This document shows positions 49,494 through 60,105 of a DNA stretch of 64,000 nucleotides, in pieces (position 1 is the stretch's first letter; every line of letters begins with the position of its first letter). The stretch is from Microgenomates group bacterium (lineage in GTDB: Bacteria; Patescibacteriota; Microgenomatia; Daviesbacterales; UBA10151), in NCBI GenBank assembly GCA_041659805.1, contig JBAZXP010000001.1:128589-192588 (forward strand), written 5' to 3'. A program made the translations under genes and the position numbers. A model generated the notes under the pieces. The model searched no databases, was not told the origin of the DNA, and worked only from the letters and a program-made list of their open reading frames with translations.

Positions 49494-49765
49494 TTAAAAA
49501 CAAAAAATACTTCCGCAGGGTAAATCTCCATCTAAATACCATTTATTCTGGTATTTCACCATTTTAATTGTTTGACCGGTATTTACCTTACAAATTCCAA
49601 AATCTGCTTCTTTTTGTAATAGCTGAGTACACCCTCTAAAGGTATAGTAATCATCGAAAGTTTCATGGGCTTTTTGTACCTCAGTCACCCTATTTACTAA
49701 AGCCATAATCAAAAGTATTCCTATCAAAATAATAATTAATATTTTTTTCTGGTAAAAAATTTCAT
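49494..49765 (-). CDS. Small exported Cys-containing protein; probable homopolymer frameshift near 49742-49759
   Basis: ATG at 49765 (TATTAT-7 nt) joins the hydrophobic ORF if one base is added. Confidence 0.5.
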
Positions 49766-49838
49766 TTGTTAAATAATACTACAATATTTCCATTTGCCTA
49801 AATCAGAGTGATTAGTTTAGAATTGGGAAAAGAAACTT

Positions 49839-50360
49839 ATGGATATAAAAACTTTCATTAGAGAAGTTCCTAATTGGCCTATTAAGGGTGTTAATTTTAA
49901 AGATATTACTACCCTATTACAAAATCCTATTGTGTTTAAACATGTTATCAATAAACTGGCTAAACCTTATCTAAAAACAAAGGTGGATAAGGTAGTTGGC
50001 ATTGATGCCAGAGGCTTTTTATTTGCCGCACCTGTGGCCTTCAAAATAGGCTCAGGGCTTTGTTTGGTAAGGAAAAAAGGTAAATTACCATATAACACAA
50101 TCGAACAAAATTTTAGTAAAGAATATGGTTTGGATGTTTTAGCTATTCACAAAGACACCATCAAAAAGAATGATAAAGTAATCATTGTTGATGATCTACT
50201 TGCAACAGGAGGCACGCTTTTGGCTGCCTGCAAGTTGGTAGAAAAATTAGGTGGGAAAATAGTAGGCATTAATGTTGTGATTGATTTGCCTTTCTTGGGT
50301 GGCAGTCAAAAATTAAAAAAATATAAAGTTAACAGTCTGATCCAATATGAAACAGAGTGA
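49839..50360 (+). CDS. apt: Adenine phosphoribosyltransferase
   Basis: FKDITTLL, DARGF, RKKGKLP and VDDLLATGGT. Confidence 0.96.
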   Translation: MDIKTFIREVPNWPIKGVNFKDITTLLQNPIVFKHVINKLAKPYLKTKVDKVVGIDARGFLFAAPVAFKIGSGLCLVRKKGKLPYNTIEQNFSKEYGLDVLAIHKDTIKKNDKVIIVDDLLATGGTLLAACKLVEKLGGKIVGINVVIDLPFLGGSQKLKKYKVNSLIQYETE

Positions 50361-51093
50361 AATTATTGTAGGTATTATCGGAGGATCAGGCATGGATGAT
50401 CCTCAAATTTTGGATAAACCCCAAACCCAGGTTATCTCTACTCCTTTTGGAAAGCCTTCAGACAAATTATTAACCGGAAAAATCAATGGCAAAAAAGTAA
50501 TTATTTTACCCAGACACAATAAAAAACATTCTCTTAATCCCACCAATGTTCCCTACCGGGCTAATATCTGGGCTTTGAAAGAGGTGGGCTGTACTCATAT
50601 CCTGGCTACCACTGCTTGCGGATCTTTAAAAGAAAAATTTGTCCCAGGAGATTTAGCCTTCCCTAATCAATTTATTGATTTTACCAAACTAAGAAACTTA
50701 ACTTTTTTTAACGATAAGGTTGTTCATACTGCTATGGCTGATCCGTTTGACAAAGATTTAAGACTGAAGCTAGCAGAAACCGCCAAAAAATTGAAATTAA
50801 AGCACCATAAGTCAGGCACTATTATAACTATTGAAGGACCCCGTTTTTCCACAAGAGCTGAATCAAAAATGTTTCAACTACTGGGCGCAGATTTAATCAA
50901 TATGTCCACAGTTCCTGAGGTTATTTTAGCTGCTGAACTTAATATCCCATACCAATCAATTGCCATGGTAACTGATTATGACTGCTGGAGGGAAGGTGAA
51001 GAATCTGTTTCTTTTGAGATGATTTTGGAAAGAATGAAAGAAAACACAGAAAAAGTTAAAATACTCTTAATCGAAGTTATTAAGGCTATTTAG
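50347..51093 (+). CDS. mtnP: S-methyl-5'-thioadenosine phosphorylase
   Basis: GIIGGSG, YRANIWAL, EGPRFSTRAES and VTDYDCW. Confidence 0.92.
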   Translation: MKQSEIIVGIIGGSGMDDPQILDKPQTQVISTPFGKPSDKLLTGKINGKKVIILPRHNKKHSLNPTNVPYRANIWALKEVGCTHILATTACGSLKEKFVPGDLAFPNQFIDFTKLRNLTFFNDKVVHTAMADPFDKDLRLKLAETAKKLKLKHHKSGTIITIEGPRFSTRAESKMFQLLGADLINMSTVPEVILAAELNIPYQSIAMVTDYDCWREGEESVSFEMILERMKENTEKVKILLIEVIKAI

Positions 51094-51188
51094 TTTTCTT
51101 CCATCCCACAATTAAGGGTAAAATAAAAATTAAACAATAATATATAAACATCTATGAATTAAGTTACAATTTACTTTAAAATAGAGTG

Positions 51189-52805
51189 ATGACTTACAGA
51201 AAAATTTTCCTTGGCGGTTTACTTATCCTTATTTTGTTGCTGATCAGAAATCCTTTTTCAGAAAACAATATTATTTCAAATTTAGAACCTTTTCCTGATA
51301 CGATCCATTATCTAAACGCCTCTTATAACTTAATCCATGGAAATGGATTTAAAATTATCCGTGAAGGAAGGACTTTAAATCCTGACGTACCACCCCTCTA
51401 CTCCCTAATACTCGCTCCAGCATTTTTGTTCCAAAATGATCCCAGGTTATTTTATTTGATAAATTCTTTTTTAGCTCTCGTTTCAGCAACTTTATTTTTT
51501 AAGATATTAAAAAATCTATTTTCAGATAAATATATCATCGGATTAATATTTTTTTTATTTGTGACAGATTATATCATTTATGCCTACCCCATGTTTCCCA
51601 TGGCAGAGAATCTGATCCTGCCACTTTTATTATTTTCAATATTATTGTTAATCAAGAAAATGAATGTCTTTAGTTTGTTTTTTGCCGGAATCGTCATTAC
51701 AAGTTTTTATGCAACGAAATACGTTTGCTTTCCCTTAAGCCTCATTTTTTTATTTCTATTTACATTAAAAATTCTCTTTATAAAAGAAAACGTACAAAGA
51801 AAAGCGCTCTATTCGCTATTGCTTACAACTTCAGCTCTAGTTCCTTTTATTATCCTCACGATTTTTGAGTCTTTGAACAAGGGAGTAAACACTTTATCTT
51901 ACCTAAATCATTTTACTGCCTTTATATCCACTTCAAAAACAACCATAGAAACCACTGCTACATCAAAATATTTTTCTTACCACAATTTTGATAATAATTT
52001 CATCCAATATCTGGCGGGGTTGGCGGGCGGCCCCATCCAATTACTGAATTTTAATATTACGATGGTGCCTTTCTTTGTCGGAATACTTGGTTTACCGGCT
52101 TTAATAATCGGATTAATCCGCAAACAAACAAGATTTATCAGCTTTAGTTTTTTACTTTTGATAATCCTTTTTTTATTGGCAATTTCCGACTTCTATTCCT
52201 TTGATGCCAGATATATTTTTTATATGGCTCCTATTTTACTTTTAGCCTTTGGCATTTTGCTGACTGAAGCTAAAAAATTTCTGGATAAAAATGATCCTAA
52301 ACCGCTTTTTTATATAGGTATAGCAATATTATTGCTTGTTTATTTATTTGCTTTTGGTAAGCAATTAATTAAGGATTCCACAAATGGTGATAAAGCATGG
52401 AATTATATTTATGTTTCAACTATGAATGGATATTTCACAAATGAAAAAATTACTAATTTTAAAAAACCAATATTAATAAGCGTCTTACCCCCTTATTATA
52501 TTGATTATTTTTCAAATAATAATTATTCGATATTACCTTTATTCCAAAATCTTGCTTTTTCAGGATCAAAAGAAGCATTGGATATAGTTTATGGTCAAAA
52601 TGATTATTCAGATTTACCGAAACTATTTCGTAATTACCTAAACCAGGGATATTCTGTTTACGTATCTAATTATGGAATGAACTCTTTCGCCATTTATGAC
52701 GCGCGCAGATTAGGTATTGAGAAATTAAAAGAAAAGTTCAATTTAACAGAGGTTGAAAATGGTTGTTATGGTTACTGTAATATTTACCAATTAGAACATT
52801 ATTAA
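51189..52805 (+). CDS. ArnT/PMT-like (GT-C) membrane glycosyltransferase
   Basis: PDTIHY, PPLYS, MAENL and DARY; multiple TM segments. Confidence 0.7.
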   Translation: MTYRKIFLGGLLILILLLIRNPFSENNIISNLEPFPDTIHYLNASYNLIHGNGFKIIREGRTLNPDVPPLYSLILAPAFLFQNDPRLFYLINSFLALVSATLFFKILKNLFSDKYIIGLIFFLFVTDYIIYAYPMFPMAENLILPLLLFSILLLIKKMNVFSLFFAGIVITSFYATKYVCFPLSLIFLFLFTLKILFIKENVQRKALYSLLLTTSALVPFIILTIFESLNKGVNTLSYLNHFTAFISTSKTTIETTATSKYFSYHNFDNNFIQYLAGLAGGPIQLLNFNITMVPFFVGILGLPALIIGLIRKQTRFISFSFLLLIILFLLAISDFYSFDARYIFYMAPILLLAFGILLTEAKKFLDKNDPKPLFYIGIAILLLVYLFAFGKQLIKDSTNGDKAWNYIYVSTMNGYFTNEKITNFKKPILISVLPPYYIDYFSNNNYSILPLFQNLAFSGSKEALDIVYGQNDYSDLPKLFRNYLNQGYSVYVSNYGMNSFAIYDARRLGIEKLKEKFNLTEVENGCYGYCNIYQLEHY

Positions 52806-52832
52806 AACGATGCTATACTCTAATAAGTATTC

Positions 52833-53549
52833 ATGGCTACCCTTAGCACAAAAATAATTGCCACAATAGGTCCTGCTTCTATCAAATTTCCTGTTTTCCA
52901 GGAATTGGTTGATGCCGGAATTGATTATATTAGAATTAACTCCAAATACGGGGACGATAGCCAGTATAATCTGATTTTGGAAAACCTGAAAAACGCTCAG
53001 CCTCAAAATAGAATTGAGGTTATTTTTGATATTAAAGAAATTTCCAAGCTGGATTATGCCTTAAAACATAATATTAAACATATTGCCCTATCCTTTACTG
53101 AACAAGCCAAACAGATTGAGGAAGTCAGAAAAATAATTCCCAATGCTTTTGTTATTGCAAAAATTGAATCAGAAAAAGGTGTGCAAAATTTTGATGAAAT
53201 ATTAAAATCATCAGACGGTATTATGGTTGCCCGGGGAGATCTATCAATCTCAGTGTCTTTTGAACAAGTTCCTCCTTTGCAAAAAGAATTTACCTATAAA
53301 ACTTTAAGGGAAGAAAAGTTTTTAATTACAGCCACAGAGATGCTGCTTTCCATGACAAATAACCCTGAACCAACCAGAGCAGAGGTGTCTGATGTGGCTA
53401 ACGCTGTTTTTGACCATTCCTCTGCAGTCATGCTATCTGAAGAAACAGCTATTGGAAAATATCCTGTGGAAACTGTCAAAATGATGAAAAAGATAATAGA
53501 AGAGGCAGCAGAATCAATTAATTATCTGGAAAAATTAAAGCAGTTTTAA
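52833..53549 (+). CDS. pyk: Pyruvate kinase-like protein, barrel domain only
   Basis: TKIIATIGPAS, AKIE, DGIMVARGDL, PTRAEVSDVANA and MLSEETA. Confidence 0.8.
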   Translation: MATLSTKIIATIGPASIKFPVFQELVDAGIDYIRINSKYGDDSQYNLILENLKNAQPQNRIEVIFDIKEISKLDYALKHNIKHIALSFTEQAKQIEEVRKIIPNAFVIAKIESEKGVQNFDEILKSSDGIMVARGDLSISVSFEQVPPLQKEFTYKTLREEKFLITATEMLLSMTNNPEPTRAEVSDVANAVFDHSSAVMLSEETAIGKYPVETVKMMKKIIEEAAESINYLEKLKQF

Positions 53550-53567
53550 AAAATAACTAAGATATTG

Positions 53568-53714
53568 CTAAGCCCTTCCCCTAATAAATCTAAGCAAAAA
53601 TACAATAATTGCTATAACTAATAAAACATGGATAAATGATCCTGCAATACCTAAAGAAAATCCACCAAGCCACATAATAAGTAAAACAATCGCGATGATC
53701 TCAATAGTTCCCAT
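53568..53714 (-). CDS. lmo0937/DUF5670-like 48-aa membrane protein (below cutoff)
   Basis: MGTIEIIAIVLLIMWLGGFSLGIAGSFIHVLLVIAIIVFLLRFIRGRA; SD AAGGAGGTGA. Confidence 0.85.
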   Translation of the reverse strand: MGTIEIIAIVLLIMWLGGFSLGIAGSFIHVLLVIAIIVFLLRFIRGRA

Positions 53715-53736
53715 ATACTCACCTCCTTATTAATTA

Positions 53737-53940
53737 TTACTGTGTTTTAACATTTACGTTAATATCGCTGGGTACATTAATTTGCGGTGTTACCCCACCT
53801 GTTTGCACTTGACGTATGGCCGGAAGACCGTAAACATATCCAAGATATGCTAAAACAGCTATAACGACAAGAATAATAATCATTCCGATTGGTCCACCCG
53901 AATCATTTTGTGCTGGGGGATTGTTAATAATAGTTGCCAT
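53737..53940 (-). CDS. Small membrane protein
   Basis: One TM segment; SD GAGGGGGTGA. Confidence 0.7.
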   Translation of the reverse strand: MATIINNPPAQNDSGGPIGMIIILVVIAVLAYLGYVYGLPAIRQVQTGGVTPQINVPSDINVNVKTQ

Positions 53941-53966
53941 ATTTAAATTCACCCCCTCGAGTTTTT

Positions 53967-54425
53967 TTACTGAGTATCTACTTTTTCTTCGACTTCTTGA
54001 GGGGTGGTAGGCTTAATAAGCTGCATTAACTGCACTAAAGCATAGCCGATTAACGCATAAACTATCATGGCCACAAAGGTTGACCATTCCAAAATTGCTC
54101 CCTGGTCTGCACTTATCGCAAAAATCCCTCTAAAAGGCAGCGCTAGCGGGTCAGTGATCGTATAAAGCAAGCTTACAAATGTACTACTTATATCCGCCCC
54201 AAGCATTTTTAAGACTACTCTAAAGGTCAATAAAACCTCTATCACTCCTAAAATATACCAAATGACTTGATAAGTTCTAAAAATAGTTTTCTTTTGTGCA
54301 TAGGCTTTTTGTGGAGATTCTGGGTTAACGGCTGGTGGTGTAACAGTTTTAGTGGTTTCTGTAACTTCAACGGGAGCTGACTCTGAAACGGTAGTTACTT
54401 CTTTTGTAGTTTCTGTGTCGGGCAT
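53967..54425 (-). CDS. YggT-like membrane protein
   Basis: LTFRVVLKMLGA..YTITDPLALPFRGIF. Confidence 0.8.
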   Translation of the reverse strand: MPDTETTKEVTTVSESAPVEVTETTKTVTPPAVNPESPQKAYAQKKTIFRTYQVIWYILGVIEVLLTFRVVLKMLGADISSTFVSLLYTITDPLALPFRGIFAISADQGAILEWSTFVAMIVYALIGYALVQLMQLIKPTTPQEVEEKVDTQ

Positions 54426-54503
54426 ATATTTAGTATATCACACATTTTCAAAGTCAACATATTAAACTTTTAAACTTTATTTAAACACTCTAATTTATAT
54501 TTC

Positions 54504-55652
54504 TTATCCTTTCTCCAAAATAAAATTATCAGTATCCTGGCTAAAACTGGCTGCTGCAATGATACTGGTGATTGGTACCGCCAAAATAAGCCCGATACTT
54601 CCAACCAGCGTCCTGATTATTTCACTTGCGATCATTTCATAATTGATGACTTCAGAAAAAGGATGCGGATTATTGATAAACAACAACAAAAGAGGCAAAG
54701 AGGCTCCTGCATAAACCAAAATTAAGGTATTCACCATTGAAGCAATATGGTCTTTGCCAATATCCATCGCCCTGCGGTACAATTCCTCCGGTTTCAACTT
54801 GCTGTTAGCTTCTTTTAACTGCTGAACAATCGCTGCCTGAGACACTGTCACATCATCCAACACTCCTAATGTACCAATAATAATGCCTGCCAAAAAGAGC
54901 CCCCGGATATTAATAGTTCCTTGTTTGATCGTTTGTAAAAAATTGGCTTCTTCAGAAATAAAACCTGTTAACTTGGCGGCTTCCACAAAAATATTGGCCA
55001 AAACCCCTGTTATAATCAAGGCAATAATTGTCCCAAAAATTGCGATAGTTGTTTTCCTGTTCCAGCCATGAGAAAGGTAAAAAGTAATTGGAATAATCAG
55101 CAATGACCCTAAAATAGAAATCAAAATAGGGTCTGCTCCTTCAGAAATTTTAGGCAGAATAAACATAAAAATAACCAGAAAAGATAACCCCATCCCAGCC
55201 AGCGAAGCAATGCCTTTCAATCTGCCAACAGCAAATGTTAAAGCAACAAAAATAAGCGCAAGCCAAAGTAAAGCTCCTCTCCGGATTTTATCTGTAATGT
55301 AAAATAAATCCTTATTATCCGGATCTTTAGTTTTTGTCACTACAACTTCATCCCCCGCCCCATACCTTTGAACATTAGCCATTGGCAAATTACCATTCTC
55401 TATCACAATATTCTGATCTTTTAAAGAACCCTGAGTAACAACTAATTCTAATTTTTGATAGAGCTGCTTTTGGCTGGAATCAGAAAGGCCGGGAACATCA
55501 ATCTCTTTTTCCTCCAAAACCTTAACCACTTGAGCCTCTAATCTTTCATCAGGAATAATAAATTCCTGAGCTAAAACAGGGCTTTGAGAGAACCAAATTA
55601 AAATAACAGCAATAACTGAAAATAGAAATTTTTTAATCACCGGATAGGACAT
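54504..55652 (-). CDS. YibE/F family membrane protein
   Basis: GVLDDVTVSQ, GKDHIASMVNTLILVYAG and EIIRTLVGSIG. Confidence 0.9.
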   Translation of the reverse strand: MSYPVIKKFLFSVIAVILIWFSQSPVLAQEFIIPDERLEAQVVKVLEEKEIDVPGLSDSSQKQLYQKLELVVTQGSLKDQNIVIENGNLPMANVQRYGAGDEVVVTKTKDPDNKDLFYITDKIRRGALLWLALIFVALTFAVGRLKGIASLAGMGLSFLVIFMFILPKISEGADPILISILGSLLIIPITFYLSHGWNRKTTIAIFGTIIALIITGVLANIFVEAAKLTGFISEEANFLQTIKQGTINIRGLFLAGIIIGTLGVLDDVTVSQAAIVQQLKEANSKLKPEELYRRAMDIGKDHIASMVNTLILVYAGASLPLLLLFINNPHPFSEVINYEMIASEIIRTLVGSIGLILAVPITSIIAAASFSQDTDNFILEKG

Positions 55653-55738
55653 CTAAAAATTATATCAATTATTAAATTTTTTAGTGCTGCCTAATAAAAA
55701 GTTGACTATTTTTAGGATGCAAGTTCAAGGCGAATTCT

Positions 55739-56656
55739 TTAGTAATTCCTTTTGCTTACAAAGGACCATAACTCCCTAATGTTAGGCAACATTGCCGCAA
55801 TTATTATAAATAAACAGCCCAAAAAGATACTTATGGAAAGGGTTTCGGAAAAGAAGATTACCCCAAAGACTACAGCAAAAATAATCTCCAGCAATCCAAC
55901 AACGCTAGCAATGCTAGGTTCTGAATACTTGAATCCCAAGACAACCAAAAAGAATGCAAATAAAGATGAAACTGCATATCCAAGTACTGCAAGCCAGGAA
56001 AGATTTAGTGATATCGGTATCCATTGCTCACCCAATATTTTTGACAAAATAATATGTGATGCAAATATGACTGCCCAAGTAAAGATGCTCAATTCCAATG
56101 GAGAATAAGTATCCGATACCTTTTTGGTAAAGATCACTTCTATACCAGCAGCGCTTCCTGCAATTATCGCGGCGGCAGCGGCAATTAGTGTACCTCCGGA
56201 AACAGAAAGATTAAATATTAATAACAATCCAACCATTGCTAAAATTAGAGCGGCTATTTTAATGGGGGTCATTTTTTCTCCGAAAGAAATTACCCCAAAT
56301 AAATACGAGACAATCGTTAGTGAAGCATAAAACATGAGGGTAGAGGGACCTATACCAATAATGTTAAAGGCATAAAAAATTGGCGCAACTGTAAAAGCAC
56401 CAGCTCCAGCATAAAGTGCAATCCACTTAATGTCCCCTTTCTTAACGGACTTAATTTGTTTGGTGATAAAAGCAATTGGGATAATTACAATTAAAATTAA
56501 TAAGCTCCTTGTCCATACCTGATAAAAGTTATCAAGCGATGTGCCTATTAATTTTGCCCAAATGCCATATGAACCAAAAAAGAAAGACGACAATAGAATA
56601 TAAAAACTTCCTTTGATCTGATTGTTGACGTTTAATCTATTTTTCATTACTGACAT
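55739..56656 (-). CDS. DMT/EamA transporter
   Basis: About 10 TM segments in two EamA repeats. Confidence 0.85.
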   Translation of the reverse strand: MSVMKNRLNVNNQIKGSFYILLSSFFFGSYGIWAKLIGTSLDNFYQVWTRSLLILIVIIPIAFITKQIKSVKKGDIKWIALYAGAGAFTVAPIFYAFNIIGIGPSTLMFYASLTIVSYLFGVISFGEKMTPIKIAALILAMVGLLLIFNLSVSGGTLIAAAAAIIAGSAAGIEVIFTKKVSDTYSPLELSIFTWAVIFASHIILSKILGEQWIPISLNLSWLAVLGYAVSSLFAFFLVVLGFKYSEPSIASVVGLLEIIFAVVFGVIFFSETLSISIFLGCLFIIIAAMLPNIRELWSFVSKRNY

Positions 56657-56671
56657 TCTATCAATAATAGC

Positions 56672-57532
56672 TCAATTTAAGATTGTTAGGTAAATCCCTA
56701 ATATAACCATTAAGGCTGCTATTACTTTCTTTAATCCGTCTTTACGCTCACCTAAAAATAAATAAGCCACAATAACATTCAATAAAACGTTCGTGGCTTG
56801 TAAGGGAACTACTGTCGTAACACTACCTAATTGAAATGATCGGAGCGAAAAGAAGATTGTCAAAGCCCAAAATACCCCAGTTAATATATAATACTTACGA
56901 TCCTGACCATTAAATTCTGTCGCAACATCACTAATTTTTATTCTTTCACCAAAAACTATGAATAAAGCAGGGATAAAAAACGTGAGCATAATATAGATAG
57001 GTAAGTTAAACAGACCTGAAATTCCTATATCAACTGAAATTGCAGTAGCGAGAGCCACAGCAGCCAAAACTGCCATGCCAACATATTTGTTAATTTCAAT
57101 CTTCCCATTTGAGTATCTTAAAAGTACATTCGCCCCAATAATAACCGCTGCACCAAGCAATTTTGTAAATGAGAATGGATCCTTAAAGATTGCTATACCA
57201 TAAATAATCAAAAAAACAGTGTTTAACTGGTTTATTACTGTGAATACTGACACCTGTAAATGCTTTCGGGCTGTTGCTTGAAGTCGATCATTTAGTGCGT
57301 AAAATACACAAGCACCCGCCAAAAGCAAATACCACTTTATTTCGGTGGGAAACTTTATTGCAAAAAACGGGGCAAGAAATAAAACAGAAGTACCTGCTAA
57401 TAATTGTAGTGTTACGGCTGCTGCCCCATCTCTTTTAGCGTTTTTTACTGCGAGCTTGTAAAACTGAAAAAACAAAACAATAGATATTAAATATAAAATT
57501 AGATTTAATTGCCAGGTATTAAAAATATTCAT
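56672..57532 (-). CDS. DMT/EamA transporter
   Basis: About 10 TM segments; YLFLGER. Confidence 0.85.
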   Translation of the reverse strand: MNIFNTWQLNLILYLISIVLFFQFYKLAVKNAKRDGAAAVTLQLLAGTSVLFLAPFFAIKFPTEIKWYLLLAGACVFYALNDRLQATARKHLQVSVFTVINQLNTVFLIIYGIAIFKDPFSFTKLLGAAVIIGANVLLRYSNGKIEINKYVGMAVLAAVALATAISVDIGISGLFNLPIYIMLTFFIPALFIVFGERIKISDVATEFNGQDRKYYILTGVFWALTIFFSLRSFQLGSVTTVVPLQATNVLLNVIVAYLFLGERKDGLKKVIAALMVILGIYLTILN

Positions 57533-57594
57533 TTGTGTTTCAGTGATAATTTAGAAGATTTAAGAGTTTTGTTTGGTCACTGTCCATAATTTGA

Positions 57595-57981
57595 TTACTT
57601 ATCATTAAAATAAACTTGCATATATGGCTCTATTTCTAATTTTAAGATTTCTTCTTTGGTTTCCCATCTAAAAGCTGTGTGTTCCTTACTTAAGATTATC
57701 TCTCCTCCCTCATCTTTTGATTCATAAAGCACAAATTGATGAGTGGGATTTCCTGTATTCAAAACATCAATATTAGTTTTTGCTATGACTTTTACAGCCT
57801 TGGCTTTTAAGCCTGTTTCTTCTAAAACCTCTCTTTCAACACCTAAAAAAGGTTCTTCCCCTTTTTCTAGTTTTCCTCCTGGAAAATCCCAAAACCCAGG
57901 AAAATTAACAGCATCTGGAGATCTTTTTAGAATTAAATATTTATCCCCTCTTTTAATCACAGCCTTTTGAACAATAACCAT
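57595..57981 (-). CDS. Nudix hydrolase (MutT-like)
   Basis: WDFPGGKLEKGEEPFLGVEREVLEETG. Confidence 0.9.
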   Translation of the reverse strand: MVIVQKAVIKRGDKYLILKRSPDAVNFPGFWDFPGGKLEKGEEPFLGVEREVLEETGLKAKAVKVIAKTNIDVLNTGNPTHQFVLYESKDEGGEIILSKEHTAFRWETKEEILKLEIEPYMQVYFNDK

Positions 57982-58062
57982 ATCTAGGATTATACCAAAA
58001 TTTAATCAAGGCTTTTCAAAACTTTAGGTTCATGGCTCAAATCTGAGAAGAAATAGAAAAAG

Positions 58063-58569
58063 TTAAACTAAACCTTCTTCCTGTTGCTTCATAACTTCTT
58101 CCCTTAACTTCATCCATATTTTGCCTAGTTCGTTCCTTCCGTTTCTATCTTTCCCCCATCCCCAAAAAGCGTCTTTTGGGGAATCTTCAACGATCTCTCT
58201 ATCACCTGTTTGTAACAATTTATGCATGATATACGGATTTTGTTCTAATTTATGTCTCACTATGTCTTCCATCACTGCAACTTTCTTCTCATCCCAATCT
58301 TCAGGTGCTCTGCCTGTATTTGCTTTAGCAATCTTAAAAGCTTCATGTGCTGATTTTGCAACAAATATTTCCTCTACTAATTCAGGAGTAGTTTCAAAAA
58401 AGTGGGATGCCTGGTATGCATGTTCTGACGTCTGCCAAACTCGACCTTTCCACTCAACCTGGAAACTTGAAAAATTAGAGAAAACGTAAAACTCACGTTC
58501 ATAAAAGCCGACCACTTCTCCTGAGGTTTCAAGTTGTTGGTCTCTATTTTGATAAATGTTTTCTTTCAT
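58063..58569 (-). CDS. NADAR family protein (YbiA-like)
   Basis: FSNF, TSEHAYQA, EDSPKDAFWG and GRNELGKIWMKLR. Confidence 0.92.
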   Translation of the reverse strand: MKENIYQNRDQQLETSGEVVGFYEREFYVFSNFSSFQVEWKGRVWQTSEHAYQASHFFETTPELVEEIFVAKSAHEAFKIAKANTGRAPEDWDEKKVAVMEDIVRHKLEQNPYIMHKLLQTGDREIVEDSPKDAFWGWGKDRNGRNELGKIWMKLREEVMKQQEEGLV

Positions 58570-58639
58570 ATATTTTTGGGTATATTAAGTGCCAACTGGC
58601 TCTAAATGTGAACGACATTAGAACCTATTCATAAGGTTT

Positions 58640-59029
58640 TTATATTTGAGGTAATCCTGTTCCTGCTGCAGTGTGAGTTCCACCTGTTTGACAATAATCA
58701 TTTATAACTAAAATTGGTTGAATAAGAGTTAGTGGATTATATGAATCACCTAGTCTGTCTTGAAGCTCTCCCATTAATTCCCGAGTATTAATTTGACCAT
58801 CTCTCAATAGCCTTTCAAGTATGATGATTTTAGAAGTTGTATCGTCTTCTAGGATTAGTCGTAAATCAGGATGTTGATAGCGACGGTCATCTTTTTCAAT
58901 TCTTCCTCTATATTCTGTGAGTTTTGCTGTAAGCTGTTCTCTTCGCTCTTCTGGAAGAACAATTGTTGGCCAGGGTCTAGGGGGACTATCTTCTCCTGCA
59001 TTCTTCCAAAGTTCTTGATCTTCAATCAT
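58640..59029 (-). CDS. Hypothetical protein
   Basis: 129-aa ORF. Confidence 0.55.
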   Translation of the reverse strand: MIEDQELWKNAGEDSPPRPWPTIVLPEERREQLTAKLTEYRGRIEKDDRRYQHPDLRLILEDDTTSKIIILERLLRDGQINTRELMGELQDRLGDSYNPLTLIQPILVINDYCQTGGTHTAAGTGLPQI

Positions 59030-59186
59030 ATTATATTGAGCAGAATTAAATGAATTATATAACTTATAAATTTAATGTCAACAAAAAATGATTGAGGTTA
59101 TTTTGCTCAAGAATTGTAACTCTACTATACCCACGCAATTGTCCTTTATTATCAAGGCTTTCTCTGATTTTAGCCACCTAAAGTCC

Positions 59187-59771
59187 TTATTTCTTATCAG
59201 GACACCGTAAACTATCTTCAACTAAAGAAATTAATAAAGGAAATTCTTTATATGGTTGTTTAAATAAGTCGGAACCCATATGCCCTTCTTCATTGATTAT
59301 TAAAGTACCTCCGAGCTTATCGGACATCATTTTCCCCTGTTTGTCATTACAACCCCAAGGGTCATTTGCCGCATTGATGAATACAAACTCTTGGCAGTGT
59401 GCTTTTATCTTCTTCCAATCATACGATTCTTGTAAAAAATCTTTTTGCCATTTAGTAATTTTAGGATCATTTGTTGATGGCTCATACAGTCCAGCTACCA
59501 TTATTGCCAGCTTGATTTTTACATCGATGTTTTCAAGAACACTAAATATAAAAGGAACTCCAGCAGAATGTCCAATCATTACTGTTTCTTGGTTAAATTC
59601 ACCATTTTTCAAGATAAAAGGCAAAACCTCTTTAAGTTTGGGATTATCAATCCCTGGAAGCTGAGGTAGCCAAACTTTATAACCTCTTTTTTCTAATTCT
59701 TTCTTAGTGTACGGAAGCCAAAAAGATTCCTGAGTTTCTCCTGCCCCTTGTAAAATAATTGCGTTCTTCAT
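59187..59771 (-). CDS. RBBP9/YdeN-like alpha/beta hydrolase
   Basis: FWLPY, GHSAG, NDPW and GH. Confidence 0.85.
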   Translation of the reverse strand: MKNAIILQGAGETQESFWLPYTKKELEKRGYKVWLPQLPGIDNPKLKEVLPFILKNGEFNQETVMIGHSAGVPFIFSVLENIDVKIKLAIMVAGLYEPSTNDPKITKWQKDFLQESYDWKKIKAHCQEFVFINAANDPWGCNDKQGKMMSDKLGGTLIINEEGHMGSDLFKQPYKEFPLLISLVEDSLRCPDKK

Positions 59772-60097
59772 AATTCCTCCTCAGATATTAAAGGATAAAT
59801 ATCAAAAGCCACCTCTTCGTATGGGTGAACCTTTTTGATTGCTTCGATTACCTGATGAGCCTTATCTTTTGGACAAACAAACTCAACTCTTTCTTCTTCC
59901 ACCTCTTCGTACTTACCTACTTCTCCAATAGCTGGTTTTGCACCTTCTAAAGGCTTATATCTACCTGTACCAACCGAAGAAAAAGTGCAATGGCTATAAT
60001 TACCAATTATTCCAGCACCAGCATCACCAATAGCTTCCCTCACAATATCTGTATGAGTTAATGGCACAAAAACAACAATTTTTACATTACTATTCAT
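59768..60097 (-). CDS. YqfO/NIF3 PII-like domain protein
   Basis: AGAGIIGNYSHCTF and VHPYEEVAFDIY. Confidence 0.9.
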   Translation of the reverse strand: MNSNVKIVVFVPLTHTDIVREAIGDAGAGIIGNYSHCTFSSVGTGRYKPLEGAKPAIGEVGKYEEVEEERVEFVCPKDKAHQVIEAIKKVHPYEEVAFDIYPLISEEEL

Positions 60098-60105
60098 ATC
60101 TTGGA

